From Octopus sinensis (Eukaryota), in contig NW_021834787.1 of NCBI RefSeq assembly GCF_006345805.1, forward strand, positions 6,829 to 70,828: a DNA stretch of 64,000 nt, given 5' to 3'. Positions 51,326-63,911 of this stretch are shown here, one piece after another. Under the pieces are notes generated by a model. It searched no databases. It worked only from the letters and a program-made list of their open reading frames with translations, and was not told where the DNA came from. Within the stretch, counting starts at the first letter, position 1. Each line of letters opens with the position of its first letter. The translations under genes and the position numbers were made by a program.

Positions 51326-51384
51326 TGTATAACTCTATTTTAATACTTTTGCGATAACCAGTACATAACACTACAAAGCTCATA

Positions 51385-52655
51385 CGAGGGACGTTCAATA
51401 AGTAATGCCCCTGACCCACTTGCAGTTGTTTGATCTAGCTGAAATTTTGCATGTGCAATTATTTATATCTCTATAGATTAAGTGGCAAATTACAGCTAAT
51501 TGTGGTTACTGATTTACAGGTATTTGAACTGAGTCAAGTGTGAAATGGAGCCTGTTGAGTGTCGAGCAGTGATCCGTTTTTGTATTTGAAAGGACGCACA
51601 CCACGGGAGACTTTTGATGAAATGAATGTAACTTATGGTGATGATGCCCCATCATATGACCTTGTAAAACGCTGGCATCGTGAGTTCAAACATGGTCGGA
51701 ACTCTGTGGAAACAGCTCCCATATCTGGACGCCCCCCTTCTGCCATTGATGAGGCATCTATCCGTCAAGTTGAGGCTGCCATTGTCGAAGATCGACGCAT
51801 AACTATTCGCCAAATAACCCATGAGGTCAAGATTAGTACCGGGTCTGTGGAAACTATCATTCATGACCATTTGTATATGCAAAAGGTGTCTGCCAGATGG
51901 ATTCCCAGGTTGCTCACACCTTTTCAGAAGCAAGAACGCGTCGAGTGCTCGAGGATGAATTTGGAGATATGTCAAGAAGATGAGTCAAAACTTTTCAAAA
52001 GACTGATTACACAGGATGAAACCTGGGTCCATCACTATGATCCAGAGACCAAAGCCCAGTCAATGCAGTGGAAGCACCGTGACTCACCTCCTCCGAAGAA
52101 GGCAAGGGTGCAGCCCTCCGCTGGCAAGGTCATAATCACAGTCTTCTGGGACCAGGACGGAGTAGTGATGACAGATTTCCTGGCATAGGGTACCACAATT
52201 ATGCTTCACTTTTGAGGAAATTAAGAGAAGCTATCAAAATCAAGAGGCGGGGTAAGATCAGCAAAGGCATCCTCCTCCTGCAGGACAACGCTCCGGTCCA
52301 CAACTCCCGTGTCGCCAGATCAGAAGCACAGGCGTGCCTCTATGAACTCCTCCCCATCCTCCCTACTCTCCTGAACTTGCACCCTCTGATTTTCACCTCC
52401 TCCCAGCCATGAAGTTGTTTTTGAAAGGACAGCGTTTCCCAGATGATGCAGCCTTGATTTCCTAAGTCACGTCGTGGTTGGAGGACCAAGCTGGGGTCTT
52501 CTACAAAAACGGTCTCCAAAGCTGCATCAAACGATGGGAGAAATGCGTAACTCTGGATGGTTCCTATGTAGAAAACGTCTAATAACTGTGCCAAGTTTCG
52601 TTGCTCTACCGCTATGGGAAGTGGGTCAGGGGCATTACTTATTGAACGCCCCTCG
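51385..52655 (+). mobile_element. mariner (DD34D) transposon, full length with 37-bp TIRs and TA TSD; termini resemble irritans/Hsmar2 type
   Basis: TA|CGAGGGACGTTCAATAAGTAATGCCCCTGACCCACTT ... AAGTGGGTCAGGGGCATTACTTATTGAACGCCCCTCG|TA (1 mismatch). Confidence 0.95.
51545..52582 (+). pseudogene. Disrupted mariner transposase
   Basis: WIPRLLT, ITQDETWVHHYDPE, LLQDNAPVH, YSPELAPSDFHL; frameshifts and stops. Confidence 0.9.
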
Positions 52656-52751
52656 TACAAGGCTTTACATTTTACTTTTGACAATCCTTTTCTAAAAATG
52701 TGAAACCGGTCAAGTGAATAAACATCTTTAAAATTGCATTTTCAAACCTTC

Positions 52752-52816
<65 letters not shown>

Positions 52817-53059
52817 GAATCAGAGAGAAATTACTTATTATATATTTATCATTCTTTTTATACCTTTTGGAAACAAATATATATATATTATATTAATTAT
52901 ATTTATATTATTTGTTATTTATGTTTTCGTTTATGCCTATCACTGCTTGAGTTGCCTAATAGTGGTTTTATCTCTAATTCATATTTTATATATTTATACT
53001 GTGAAATTTGATTTAATACTAAATCAAATGTTTCCCTGTAAGTTTGGAGCTATACTCCC

Positions 53060-53121
<62 letters not shown>

Positions 53122-53164
53122 TATTATTATTATTATATATATATAAGCAATATATATAAAAGCA

Positions 53165-53672
53165 ATAATATATAAAAGCAATAATAAATCTCTGAGCGAG
53201 ATATAAGCAGTAGCAGCACGACATGGTGATGTATATTTGTCACCTAAAAGTGGTTGACTCATTAAGGACGATGCTACTGTAGCTTATAGCCCCAGGAAGA
53301 CATCTTCTCCGGCTGTTTGTGCCCTATCAGTATTTGCAAAGGGAAATCATCGTTCCCATCTCCAGCCTGATGTGATACACATGGACCCGAGTTTCTGGGT
53401 ATTGACCCGTCATCAGCATGTGACAACCAGCGGCTGGCGATGGGAAGCGATTCTCAATGCAAATGCATATAGTTTTTCCAGTGGCGAAAAAGCCACTGAT
53501 CTCGAAAAAGGAGAAACGAGCAATAATAAAGCTCTGAACGACATATAAACAGTAGCAGGACGACATCGTGTCAATAGGCAGCTGGAGGACATGTCTTCCT
53601 GGTGCTACAAGCTACTGTAGCATAGTCCCTAAAGGGGTCAGCCACTTTTAGGTAGCAAATATACATCACGAT
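53165..53672 (-). mobile_element. PLE pLTR remnant with a direct repeat (53165-53226 / 53519-53570) and an inverted repeat (~53229-53320 / 53575-53668)
   Basis: Repeats visible by eye; contains a hammerhead motif. Confidence 0.6.
53378..53422 (-). ncRNA. Minimal type I hammerhead ribozyme with GUC site
   Basis: CACATG-CTGATGA-CGGG(TCAATA)CCCA-GAAA-CTCGGG-TC-CATGTG; perfect 6-bp helix I. Confidence 0.7.
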
Positions 53673-53699
53673 ACACACACACAGTAGACTTATTTTAGT

Positions 53700-53873
53700 T
53701 TCGAACGCAGTATAACCATGAAAACGGAAAAGATTGGGTATTAAACCCTTATGTGACGGAAAAAGTAGTCAGCAGACAACCTCCCGTGGCTGTCTACTGA
53801 CTACTTTTTCCGTCACATAAGGGTTTAATACCCAGTCTTTTCCGGTGTTTTGACGGTTATACTGCGTTCGAAA
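53700..53873. repeat. ~80-bp-arm hairpin with a ~12-nt loop
   Basis: Arms differ by a few substitutions and one small indel. Confidence 0.9.
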
Positions 53874-53941
53874 TGTTACTTTCCTCTCTTATCAGTGTTA
53901 TGCAAAAAACAACCAAAATGTTTATTTACATATGTTGTTAT

Positions 53942-53988
<47 letters not shown>

Positions 53989-54054
53989 TATATATGTGTG
54001 TGTGTGTGTGTTGTGTGTGTGTGTGTGTGTGTGTATGTGTGTGTGTGTGTGTGT

Positions 54055-54191
54055 ACCAAATCCACTCACAAGGCTTTGGTCGGCTCGAGGCTATAGTAGA
54101 AGACACTTGCTCAAGGTGTCACGCAGTGGGAATGAACCTGGAACCATGTGGTTGGTAAGCAAGCTACTTACCACACAGCCACTCCAGCGCC
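54055..54191 (-). mobile_element. SINE-A 5' half
   Basis: Head ...CAGCCACTCCAGCGCCTA. Confidence 0.85.
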
Positions 54192-54340
54192 TATATATAT
54201 ATATGTATATGTAAAAACTTACTTGGAGAAAAGAAACGAAACGACGCGAGGGCGCCCAGTGATATAATAATTTAATAAATAAAACATATGCATACATACA
54301 TACATATATGTACGTACCTACATCTATGTGTATATATACA

Positions 54341-54398
<58 letters not shown>

Positions 54399-54985
54399 AT
54401 ATATATGAGTACAGGACACCACAAATATATATATATGCAAATATGTACTATACTTTTCATTAAATAATAATTAATCCTATACTGAAAGGGAGAAAATGCA
54501 GACGACAGTATTAAACTGGGAAGAGGAAGACATCGAAATATATAAAATACTAGTCCTCTCCGCCTTTCATTTTTTCTCTCTGTCTCTCTGATATGTGTGT
54601 ATGCGCATGCGTGTGTTTGTGTACGGATGCATATCTCTTTGGCGCCAGGCATTTCATGAAGAACTTAAACACACGAGGACCCGTTGGACAAGAGAGAACT
54701 GAGCAACCACGGTCGCTGAGCAACCACATTGGCGGAAGGAAGTTTGCTTGTCTTATGCCTCTTACAACACAGTAGGACTTAGAAGTCGGTGTGTTTACTG
54801 AAATTATATATTTATCTATTATAAATCCCTCTCTGTGTGTGTTAAGCATGTGTGTAGATATATATATATATATATACACACATGTGTTAAATATTTGTAA
54901 TTATTTCAAACACCTGGAACTAATTAAAAAGGTGTTAATAAACATTTATTCACAATTATATTCGTCCCATTGAATTCATTATAAG

Positions 54986-55062
<77 letters not shown>

Positions 55063-55079
55063 TATCTATATATATATAC

Positions 55080-55126
<47 letters not shown>

Positions 55127-55197
55127 CATATATATCTATATAATTGTATGTATATGTATATATATACATATATATATACATATATACATACATATAT

Positions 55198-55281
<84 letters not shown>

Positions 55282-55333
55282 GTGTGTGCGTGTGTGCAAC
55301 ACACACAAACACACAAACACACACACATACACA

Positions 55334-55401
<68 letters not shown>

Positions 55402-55639
55402 TATACATTTCCGTCGGTGATATGATGGCGGTTACGTAGAGGGGCATTAAAAGAAACTTTATCATTATATGTGGGAGGGAGGAGGAAAAATGCGTTTGTG
55501 AATAAGTGTACATTATGTGTGTGTTGGTGATATATGCACTTGTGTTTGGTTATATACATTCTTGCATACATACATACATACATACATACATACATACATA
55601 CATACATACATACATACATACATACATACATAGAAGCAA

Positions 55640-56880
55640 TATTAGTTTAAAATAAGTATTTGTATATCATACTACTTCTGTTGTACATAACAAATTTGGT
55701 GACTACAGTTGGGATTAGTAATCCAAATGGCTGAGGACAAATATCCTCAGAGGTCCATTGTTCTCGCGTTTTGAAAGTTCGAAGGATCCATTCAGCCATC
55801 TGTTTGCATTTTATCTCCAACTTAGTAATATGCACTTGGAAAGATGCATCATTACTCATGTCATTGCCCAGGTCGCGCACTGACTTTGATTCAGGGATTC
55901 AGGGATTGATTCAGGGATCCTGGCCCAGTGAAACCTGTCTGCTTTTCATTGAGCTTCGTGTGTTGGTAGCGCAAGGCTTGGAATTTTCCAGCATTAAACT
56001 GCATGTTATTTTCCTCGGCCCACCTGTGTATTGCGTCCAACTTCCGTTGCACAACATCTCCAGAGTCCTGTATCCTCTGAGAGACTTTTGTATCATCTGC
56101 ATAGCTAGCAGGAGTGGCTAACTGAGCAGCCGAGGGCATGTCTGAGAGGGACATTATGAATAGCTGTGGCCCCAACAGAATGCTCTCTTATACTCTTATA
56201 CTTGTTTCAGTCATTTGATTGTGGCCATGCTGGAGCACCGGCTTTAGTCGAGCACATCGTCCCCAGGACTTATTCTTTGTAAGCCTAGTACTTATTCTAT
56301 TGGTATCTTTTGCCGAACCGCTACATTACGGGGGACGCAAACACACCAGCATCGGTTGTCAAACGACGTTGGGGGACAAACACAGACACACACACACTCA
56401 CACACAGGCACACACAGAGACACACACACACACGCACACACGCACATACATACACACACACACACACACATATATATATACATATATATACATATATACG
56501 ACGGGTTTCTTTCAGTTTCCGTCTACCAAATCCACTCACAAGCTTTGGTCGGCCCGAGGCTATAGTAGAAGGCACTTGCCCAAGATGCCACGCAGTGGGA
56601 CTGAACCCGGAACCATGTGGTTGGTAAGCAAGGTACTTACCACACAGCCACTTACTCATTATTTGTGTTTCTTTGGAGGTGGCTCCGTTGGCAATTATTA
56701 TCTAACTTCTATCTTTTAGAAAGTCATCTAACCATTCTTCAAGTTTTCCAGCTATGCCAAGATTATACAGCTTGTGACAAATCATAACATGGACGTCTTT
56801 ATCAAAGGCTTTTGCAAAGTCAAAATATATCACGTCCACATTTAGGTTGTTGAGCAGCTGTTTTAACACCCAGTGGTAAT
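55640..56880 (-). mobile_element. CR1-clade LINE RT fragment interrupted by SINE-A
   Basis: VDVIYFDFAKAFDK...WLDDFLKDR; GPQLF...YADDTK...MQFNAGKFQAL; RDLG...ILRTF. Confidence 0.85.
56190..56652 (-). mobile_element. SINE-A inserted in the CR1 fragment
   Basis: Body, internal (CA)n and tail present; extreme head missing. Confidence 0.85.
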
Positions 56881-57065
56881 GCTGCAAAACATGTATGTAT
56901 GTATGTATGTATGTAAGTATGTATGTATGCATGTATGCATGTATGCATGTATGTATGTATGCATGTATGTATGTATGTATGTATGTATGTATGCATGCAT
57001 GTATGTAGGTATGTATGTATATATGTATGTATGTATGTATTTATGTATTTATGTATGTATGTATG

Positions 57066-57108
<43 letters not shown>

Positions 57109-57111
57109 CAC

Positions 57112-57990
57112 CTACAGACTCACAACAATACCTCCTCTTCAGTTCATGCCACCCAAAACACACCAAGATAAATATCCCTTTCAACTTAGCTAAAAGGATA
57201 TGCACCATTGTCTCGGATCCAAAAACTCGAGAAATACGCCTTCAAGACCTCAAAAAAGCACTATTACAACGCCAATATCCCTCCACACTCATAGATTATG
57301 GAATAAAACGTGCCAAAGAACTAGACAATAATACACTGAAAACCACCCAACACAGTAACACACTCAACCCCAAAATACTTCCATACATTCCACCCACAAC
57401 CCCCAAAACATCGAAGCATACACCACAATCATACAAAACCTCAGTCTACTGTCCACAGACCCAAAAATAAATAATATTATAAATACACATAAAATCCTTA
57501 AATGCAAAATGCAGCATAAATCTTTGAAAAAACTCTTAACAAATGCCAAACTTCACACACCACATCCACCCCCATCAGTTAAAAAATGTGCACACCCTAA
57601 CTGTGGTACCTGCTCCTTCCTACTTGAAGTCTCTGAATTTACTTTCAAACAAGGAACAAAGTTGAAAATCAAGACTAACTTCTCCTGTTCCTCCAAGAAC
57701 CTCATCTACGTTCTCACATGGGCCGGTTGCCAACACAATTATGTTGGACAAACGAGCCTTCCTTTACGTAGAACTGTAGCGGTCCATAAAGAACAGATAA
57801 ATCTCCCACAATACCGTCAAATTCCACTAAGTAGCCACATAGACTCTTGCGCTAGAGATAAAAATCCCAAATTTCACATATTCCCTTTCTACCAATGTAA
57901 AGACAGAATCTCTACACAAGAAAGAATCAACAAGGAGAATCTTTTTTATTGAAAAATTCCAAACGCATCTTAATATGCAAACTCCACGGT
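57112..57990 (+). mobile_element. 5'-truncated Neptune-like PLE (thumb, linker, GIY-YIG), related to the 37 kb copy
   Basis: TDSQQYLLFSSCHPKH...IPFNLAKRICTIVS; KKCAHPNCGTC; LIYVLTWAGCQHNYVGQT. Confidence 0.88.
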
Positions 57991-58559
57991 GACCGTACTC
58001 CTTTTTCTAGCATCCTATCCGACAAATAATTGTTATAAGCATCCTCTTCGACAAAAAATCCATCATTCCAATTAAAGAGCATAAAATCCACAGAATTGTC
58101 TCATCTTACTAACAGGAACTGGGTAACTTCTACCCCATTTCATGTTTTGACGCACATTCACCCAACCCTTTAAACTAAACACTACATTTTAGCACATGCA
58201 TCCTAATCCCCCAAAGATGTTTTTCCAGGGACTATTATTGAACTCTAAAAGCATAAATATATTGGTATACTTATTTATTAATTTTTGTATATATGTGTAA
58301 TTATTTTTTTGAAAAAAAAACATTGTAAATTTCTTTTTTCTCCTTCCTCAATTTAAAAACAATTTCTTTTTACCTTCCAAATCTTGAAAATTTGCCTTGC
58401 AATGAAAACCGGTTTGATTTATTATTTTTTTCTGTTTTAATTTTCCATACACCCATTTTTATTAAAATTTACTTTCAATTTAGCATTCTACCTTATTATA
58501 AGTTTTCCTCTCCTATATGTATATATATATATATATTATATATATATATGTATATATAC

Positions 58560-58624
<65 letters not shown>

Positions 58625-58628
58625 TATA

Positions 58629-58686
<58 letters not shown>

Positions 58687-58702
58687 TATATACATATATG
58701 TA

Positions 58703-58796
<94 letters not shown>

Positions 58797-58836
58797 ATAT
58801 TATATATATACATATATATATTTATACATATATATG

Positions 58837-58876
<40 letters not shown>

Positions 58877-58994
58877 CAAATATATATATACAAATATATA
58901 TATGCATACATACATACATATATATATGCAGACATACATACACACACATGTATGTATATGTATATGCGTGTGTGTGTGTATATGTATATATATA

Positions 58995-59260
58995 TACGTG
59001 GCCTAGTTACTAGGCTGTTGTACTCACGATCGTTAGATCCTGAGTTCAATTCCTTGACTGGGCGGCACGTTGTGTTCTTGAGCAAAGCACTTCAATTCAC
59101 GCTGCTCCAGTCTCCCTTTCGGAAGTAGAGGGGAATGTCGGTCCGCTCGCCTAGCCAACGGAGTGGCGTCATTTGAAGGTCAAAACACTGCAAAAACGCA
59201 TTGTGACCAGCGATGTGAATATCTGATATCCCGGTCTGTCACGCGATCACGTGATATATA
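58995..59260 (+). mobile_element. SINE-C/D-type element
   Basis: tRNA-like head GTGGCCTAGT...GAGTTCAATTCC; tail shared with 19190-19290. Confidence 0.7.
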
Positions 59261-59449
59261 GTGACAAATACGCGCATGCACATACGCGTGCGTGTGCGTA
59301 AGTGCGTAAGTGTATGAGTATTTTTATGTATTTACGAGAAAGATACACATCCAAAACGAAAATTAAGATTGACATAATCTATCAAAGACCGGAAGTATAT
59401 AATCACTGAAATCTGAAGAAGTGAAGTCATTAATTACGGAAATAAGGGA

Positions 59450-59486
<37 letters not shown>

Positions 59487-59939
59487 TGGTCTTTAATTGC
59501 GAACTGGAATAATTGGCAATAATTAGAGAACTTTAATGAGTTTCAGTGTAGATAAAAATGTTATTTAACTAATGATTCAATCTGCATATTTCTACACCCT
59601 CACATACAAACAGGAAAGTGTGTATATAAAAGTACATTCCGTCTCGACTCTTATGAACCATAGGACCAGTTATACGGTTTTTATGATTGAGATCGCAACA
59701 ATCCCAAGCGGAATTCTGCCTTATAAGCACACCATATAACCCTTGATAACTTAAAAATTTTATTTTTGAATTTTCAGAAGATTTTTTTGTGAATTTATGT
59801 TCTACACACGAGAATTTATATGAAAATTGAAAATAAGTTGTTTTTTTAATTGTTCGAAGTTTAAAAAAAATTTCTTTTCATTTTTCGAATTCCTTTCTGT
59901 TTTTCTTTTTAATCACAGTTTAAAATACAGCACTTCGGC

Positions 59940-60870
59940 ATCTTCCTGGTGGGGCCAGAGTATAAAGGTGTCATCAACATATCGCTGCCATAGAGTTGGT
60001 TTGATGACACCTTTATACTCTGGCCCCTCGAGGAAGATCCAAGTACTGTTAGATCATGTGAACTCAATAAAGCCATCCATACAGTTCACAATGGAAAAGG
60101 AAAAAGACAATCAGCTAGCATTCCTGGACGTATTAATAAGATGCACCAAGCATGGATTTAGGACATCCGTATACCGCAAGCCGACCTTCACTGGACGATA
60201 CCTCAACTTCAATCCCCACCATCCATACAGTGTAAAGAGAGGAATTGCTCAGTGCCTAAAACATCGAGCAAAGAATATAAGTAGCGATCGTGATACACAC
60301 CACGAAGAAATGATCAAACTAAATAACGATCTATTAAGCAACAACTACCCCAAAAACATACTATCCACTCCAATTATGAAGAAAAGAGAGGTTGAAACCA
60401 CAGTCTGTCTACCCTATGTGAAAGGCCTCTCCGAAAAGATACAAAAAATATGCGGCCCATATGACATCAGGGCAGTATTCAAGGGTAATACAACACTTTG
60501 CAAATATCTCCTTCGAGTAAAACCACCAATAGAATAGATTATGACCAAAGACTGCGTGTATTCCATCCCATGCAGCTGTGGTAGGTTAAACAAAGGCGAA
60601 AAATAAGGGTAGAGGAACATCGCAAAGCTGTAACACGAGAAGATATTGATCAATCGGGTATAGCTGAATGGAAAAATGGAGACCACGTACCCCTGTGGGA
60701 GGAAGTTAAAATAATAGACAGAGAACACCACCGGAAAATACGAAAAGCAGCACATATGGAAACTAAAAGAAGCAGGACACAACAACCTCCTATGCAGACC
60801 GAATGCAGATATGAGTAGCACATGGAAACCGGTATTAAGGAAGGATAGGAAAATATTAGATTTATAAGCC
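59940..60870 (+). mobile_element. 5'-truncated Penelope/Poseidon-like PLE with fold-back 5' inversion
   Basis: IQFTMEKEKDNQLAFLDV, YRKPTFTGRYLNF...HP, LPYVKGLSEKI, VYSIPCSCG; inverted piece encodes RYVDDTFILWP. Confidence 0.88.
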
Positions 60871-60877
60871 CGCGAGC

Positions 60878-60942
60878 ATATGGTGTTGTGGTTAAGAGCG
60901 CAGGCTACTAACCCCAAGATTCCGAGTTCGATTCCAGGCACT
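60878..60942 (+). mobile_element. tRNA-derived SINE head fragment
   Basis: GGTGTTGTGGTTAAGAGCG...GAGTTCGATTCC followed directly by (TA)n. Confidence 0.6.
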
Positions 60943-60961
60943 ATATATATATATATAATAT

Positions 60962-61003
<42 letters not shown>

Positions 61004-61194
61004 TAGTAAAAAGGCAATAAAATAAATTATTATTACCGGTGATCTAGCACAAAAGACATGTTAGCCATTAGGCTATATGTTATTCATATATAAGTACATT
61101 AAAGGCCTCTAAAAGAAGAAGCGAGTACTAGATACACAAAAATTGGATAGATTCAATGAAATGAAAATCAAAAACGTTTACAAACTCGGTTCAT

Positions 61195-61264
61195 CTTATA
61201 CTGCAGTTTCGTCTTTTTCAGCAGTAAATATAATTTATCTGCTAAGGCTAGACTCTTCGGTAAG
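61195..61264 (-). ncRNA. Hammerhead ribozyme, left-arm copy with U4C core change
   Basis: Reverse complement of 61475-61544, except CCGAAGA. Confidence 0.6.
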
Positions 61265-61474
61265 CAGCCTTTGTTATCCTAGAAGTACATATCAATAGAA
61301 GCATGTGCGACTCTACTGACTTGCATTCTCTAACTTTTCAGACCGTTGCGCAGACGCAGAACATACCCGACAAACAGAGAGGGTTCTGGTATAGGGTCTG
61401 AAAAGTTAGAGAATGCAAGTCAGTAGAGTCGCACATGCTTCTATTGATATGTACTTCTAGGATAACAAAGGCTG

Positions 61475-61544
61475 CTTACTGAAGAGTCTAGCCTTAGCAG
61501 ATAAATTATATTTACTGCTGAAAAAGACGAAACTGCAGTATAAG
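61475..61544 (+). ncRNA. Canonical-core type I hammerhead ribozyme with extended helix II
   Basis: CTTA-CTGAAGA-GTCT...AGAC-GAAA-CTGCAG-TA-TAAG; helix III palindrome ACTGCAGT; cleavage after 61540. Confidence 0.78.
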
Positions 61545-61806
61545 ATGAACCGAGTTTGTAAACGTTTTTGATTTTCATTTCATTGAATTTATCCAATTTT
61601 TGTGTATCTAGTACTCGCTTCTTCTTTTAGAGGCCTTTAATGTACTTATATATATATATATATATACACACGCATCTATCTATCTATGTATATATATAAA
61701 TATACACATACATACACACACATATATATCGATATATTGAATATATGTATATATACATATATACTTATATATATATATATCAACCTATACACACACACGT
61801 ATATAT

Positions 61807-61979
61807 ATATCTGTAAAATAACATGTGACAATTATTCAATAGCCAAGATAAAACTCTGAGTTTCGGATGCCGAGGTGGAAATCCCAGATAACCGTAGAGA
61901 TGGTGTTGTGGATTTCCACCTCGGCATCCGAGTTTTTTCTTGACTATTGAATAATTGTCACATATTATTTTACAGATAA
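61807..61979. repeat. ~70-80-bp-arm imperfect inverted repeat, pLTR-like
   Basis: 61807-61887 vs 61911-61979; contains the GAAACTCAGAG motif on the minus strand. Confidence 0.8.
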
Positions 61980-62072
61980 ATTTCCTCTATTTGCATAATA
62001 TTGGGGTCTCTTTCTTTCATTTGTTATCTTACCGTTTTTACCAATATATATATATATATATTATATATATAT

Positions 62073-62119
<47 letters not shown>

Positions 62120-62154
62120 GCAAATATTTTACCAATATATATATATAATATATA

Positions 62155-62206
62155 GCAAAAACTGTCCGACGAACGGCAACGGGAAACTCAGAGTAACAGG
62201 TTTTGT
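62155..62206 (+). ncRNA. Third copy of the pLTR-family hammerhead, with a mutated core (CCGACGA)
   Basis: Homologous to 27786-27837. Confidence 0.55.
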
Positions 62207-62231
62207 TGAATTTTCTGCTGCTTTAAATAAA

Positions 62232-62263
<32 letters not shown>

Positions 62264-63084
62264 TGGGTGCGAGGGCCGAGTTGGACTAGAACCCTTCAAG
62301 GCTGTACCTTAGTATGGTCGCAATCCAATGACCGAAAGAAGCAATCTATAACCAAATCTCCACCAATATATATATATATATATTCACATTCTCATTTATG
62401 TCTCTTCTTTTTATCTCCCAAACTCATACCCTTTATTCTCCTGATAATATATTGATCCTGCCACAAAATGTGAATGAAGGATTTCACCACAGCCCCTTCA
62501 CAACAGCCCCTTCTCTCCCTCTCTCACACACACACAATCACATAACATTAATTTTCGTGTCTTATCTCTGTCAACCCCGATTACATGTTATATCTTTATT
62601 TACCAGCCTGACAGTTCGGGTAGGGGACGGGTGCGCTTCATCCCGGCCCATTTAGTGTCGCATTACATAGAGTTTCCCCTCCTTCGTGTTTTTTTTATTG
62701 TTTTTCCTATCTTTTGTCCATTCTAACACCGTTTCCTTTTTGAAACCCTTATTTACAACCCGAGTGTCTGCTACAGGTCCTTTTCTAACCCTTCCGCCCA
62801 TCCCTGCCTGTATCGGTTAAGGGAACCTCCCATCTCTTGGCCCCTAAAACATTCGTATATACCCAGTTATAGAATCCTCGTGCAAACTATCTCCCACTTT
62901 CCATCATCGTCTTTCTTTTTGTCAATCCACGTCACATCTTTATTTCTGTTATGAAACCTAGCCCCATTCCCCACCCGTCCCATTCTCTCTTCGGCTTTTC
63001 TTCCGTTGTTTCTTTATTCATCAAACCAACACATAAAAAAAATTACAATACATCCGAAGCAGGATTCATTTCAGATTCCTGCCC

Positions 63085-63203
63085 CTCCACCTCCTCCTCC
63101 TCCTCCTCCTCTTGTTGTTGTTGTTGTTGTTGCTGCTGCTGCTGTTGTTGTTGCTGTTGTTGTTGTTGCTGTTGTTGTTGTTGTTGTTGTTTGTTGTTCT
63201 TCT

Positions 63204-63238
<35 letters not shown>

Positions 63239-63500
63239 TTCTTCTTGTCGTCGTCGTTGCTTTTGTTGTTGTTGTTGTTGTTCTGGTTCTTGTTGTTGTT
63301 GTTGTTGTTGTTGTTCTTCTTCTTCTTCTTCTTCTTCTTCTTCATTCTCTTCATTCTCTTCTTTCTCTTCCTCTTCTTCTTCTTCCCCTTCTTCTCGTCG
63401 TCGTCGTCGTTTTGTTGTTGTTGTTGTTGTTCTTCTTCTTCTTCCTCTCCTCCTCCTCCTCTTCCTCCTCCTCCCCTCCTCCTCCTCCTCCACCACCTTC
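63085..63500. repeat. Mosaic trinucleotide microsatellite (CCT/GTT/TCT/GTC)
   Basis: Direct; source of the poly-Q/E/K/V/S ORFs. Confidence 0.95.
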
Positions 63501-63880
63501 CTCCCGCCTCCCTCCTCCCCATCTGTCCTTCTTGTTTAGTATACGAAGGCCCTTTTCTCCCGCTGGTTGAGAAAACGTTTTACGACTTCATCCTGCAAAA
63601 AGCAGATAAATTAGGAAAAACCTATTTTTAAAATTGTCAAAAGAATTCCGTTTTACCTTAGGCATTATTTAGGCTCTCTACCTCATTGTAAGGTCTTTCA
63701 AGGGTTCCGACCTTCATAGTATCTTCCTGCTTTTTTTACGACCGTCTCTATCTCTCTCTCTTCTGTCCCTCCCTCCGTCCGTCCGTCTGTCTCTTTCTTT
63801 TTTTCTCTCCCTCTCTCCCTCCCATACTCTCTTTTTCAAACCTAATTAATTAAACGGTTTTCCTTTCCTCTCCGAAAAAG

Positions 63881-63911
<31 letters not shown>

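Larger units (their letters stand above)
61086..61653. repeat. 259-bp-arm near-perfect inverted repeat with a 50-bp spacer (inverted PLE pLTR pair)
   Basis: 61086-61344 vs 61395-61653; two mismatches seen by eye. Confidence 0.93.

Noticed and set aside
63535-63592. Strong minus-strand acceptor (CTAAT...TTTTTGCAG) followed by DEVVKRFLNQREKRAFVY*
   Set aside because: Only 18 codons, no convincing donor, and no recognisable homology; unresolved without transcripts.
62951-63631. Poly-Q/E/K/C/S ORFs
   Set aside because: Trinucleotide microsatellite mosaic, open in most frames on both strands.
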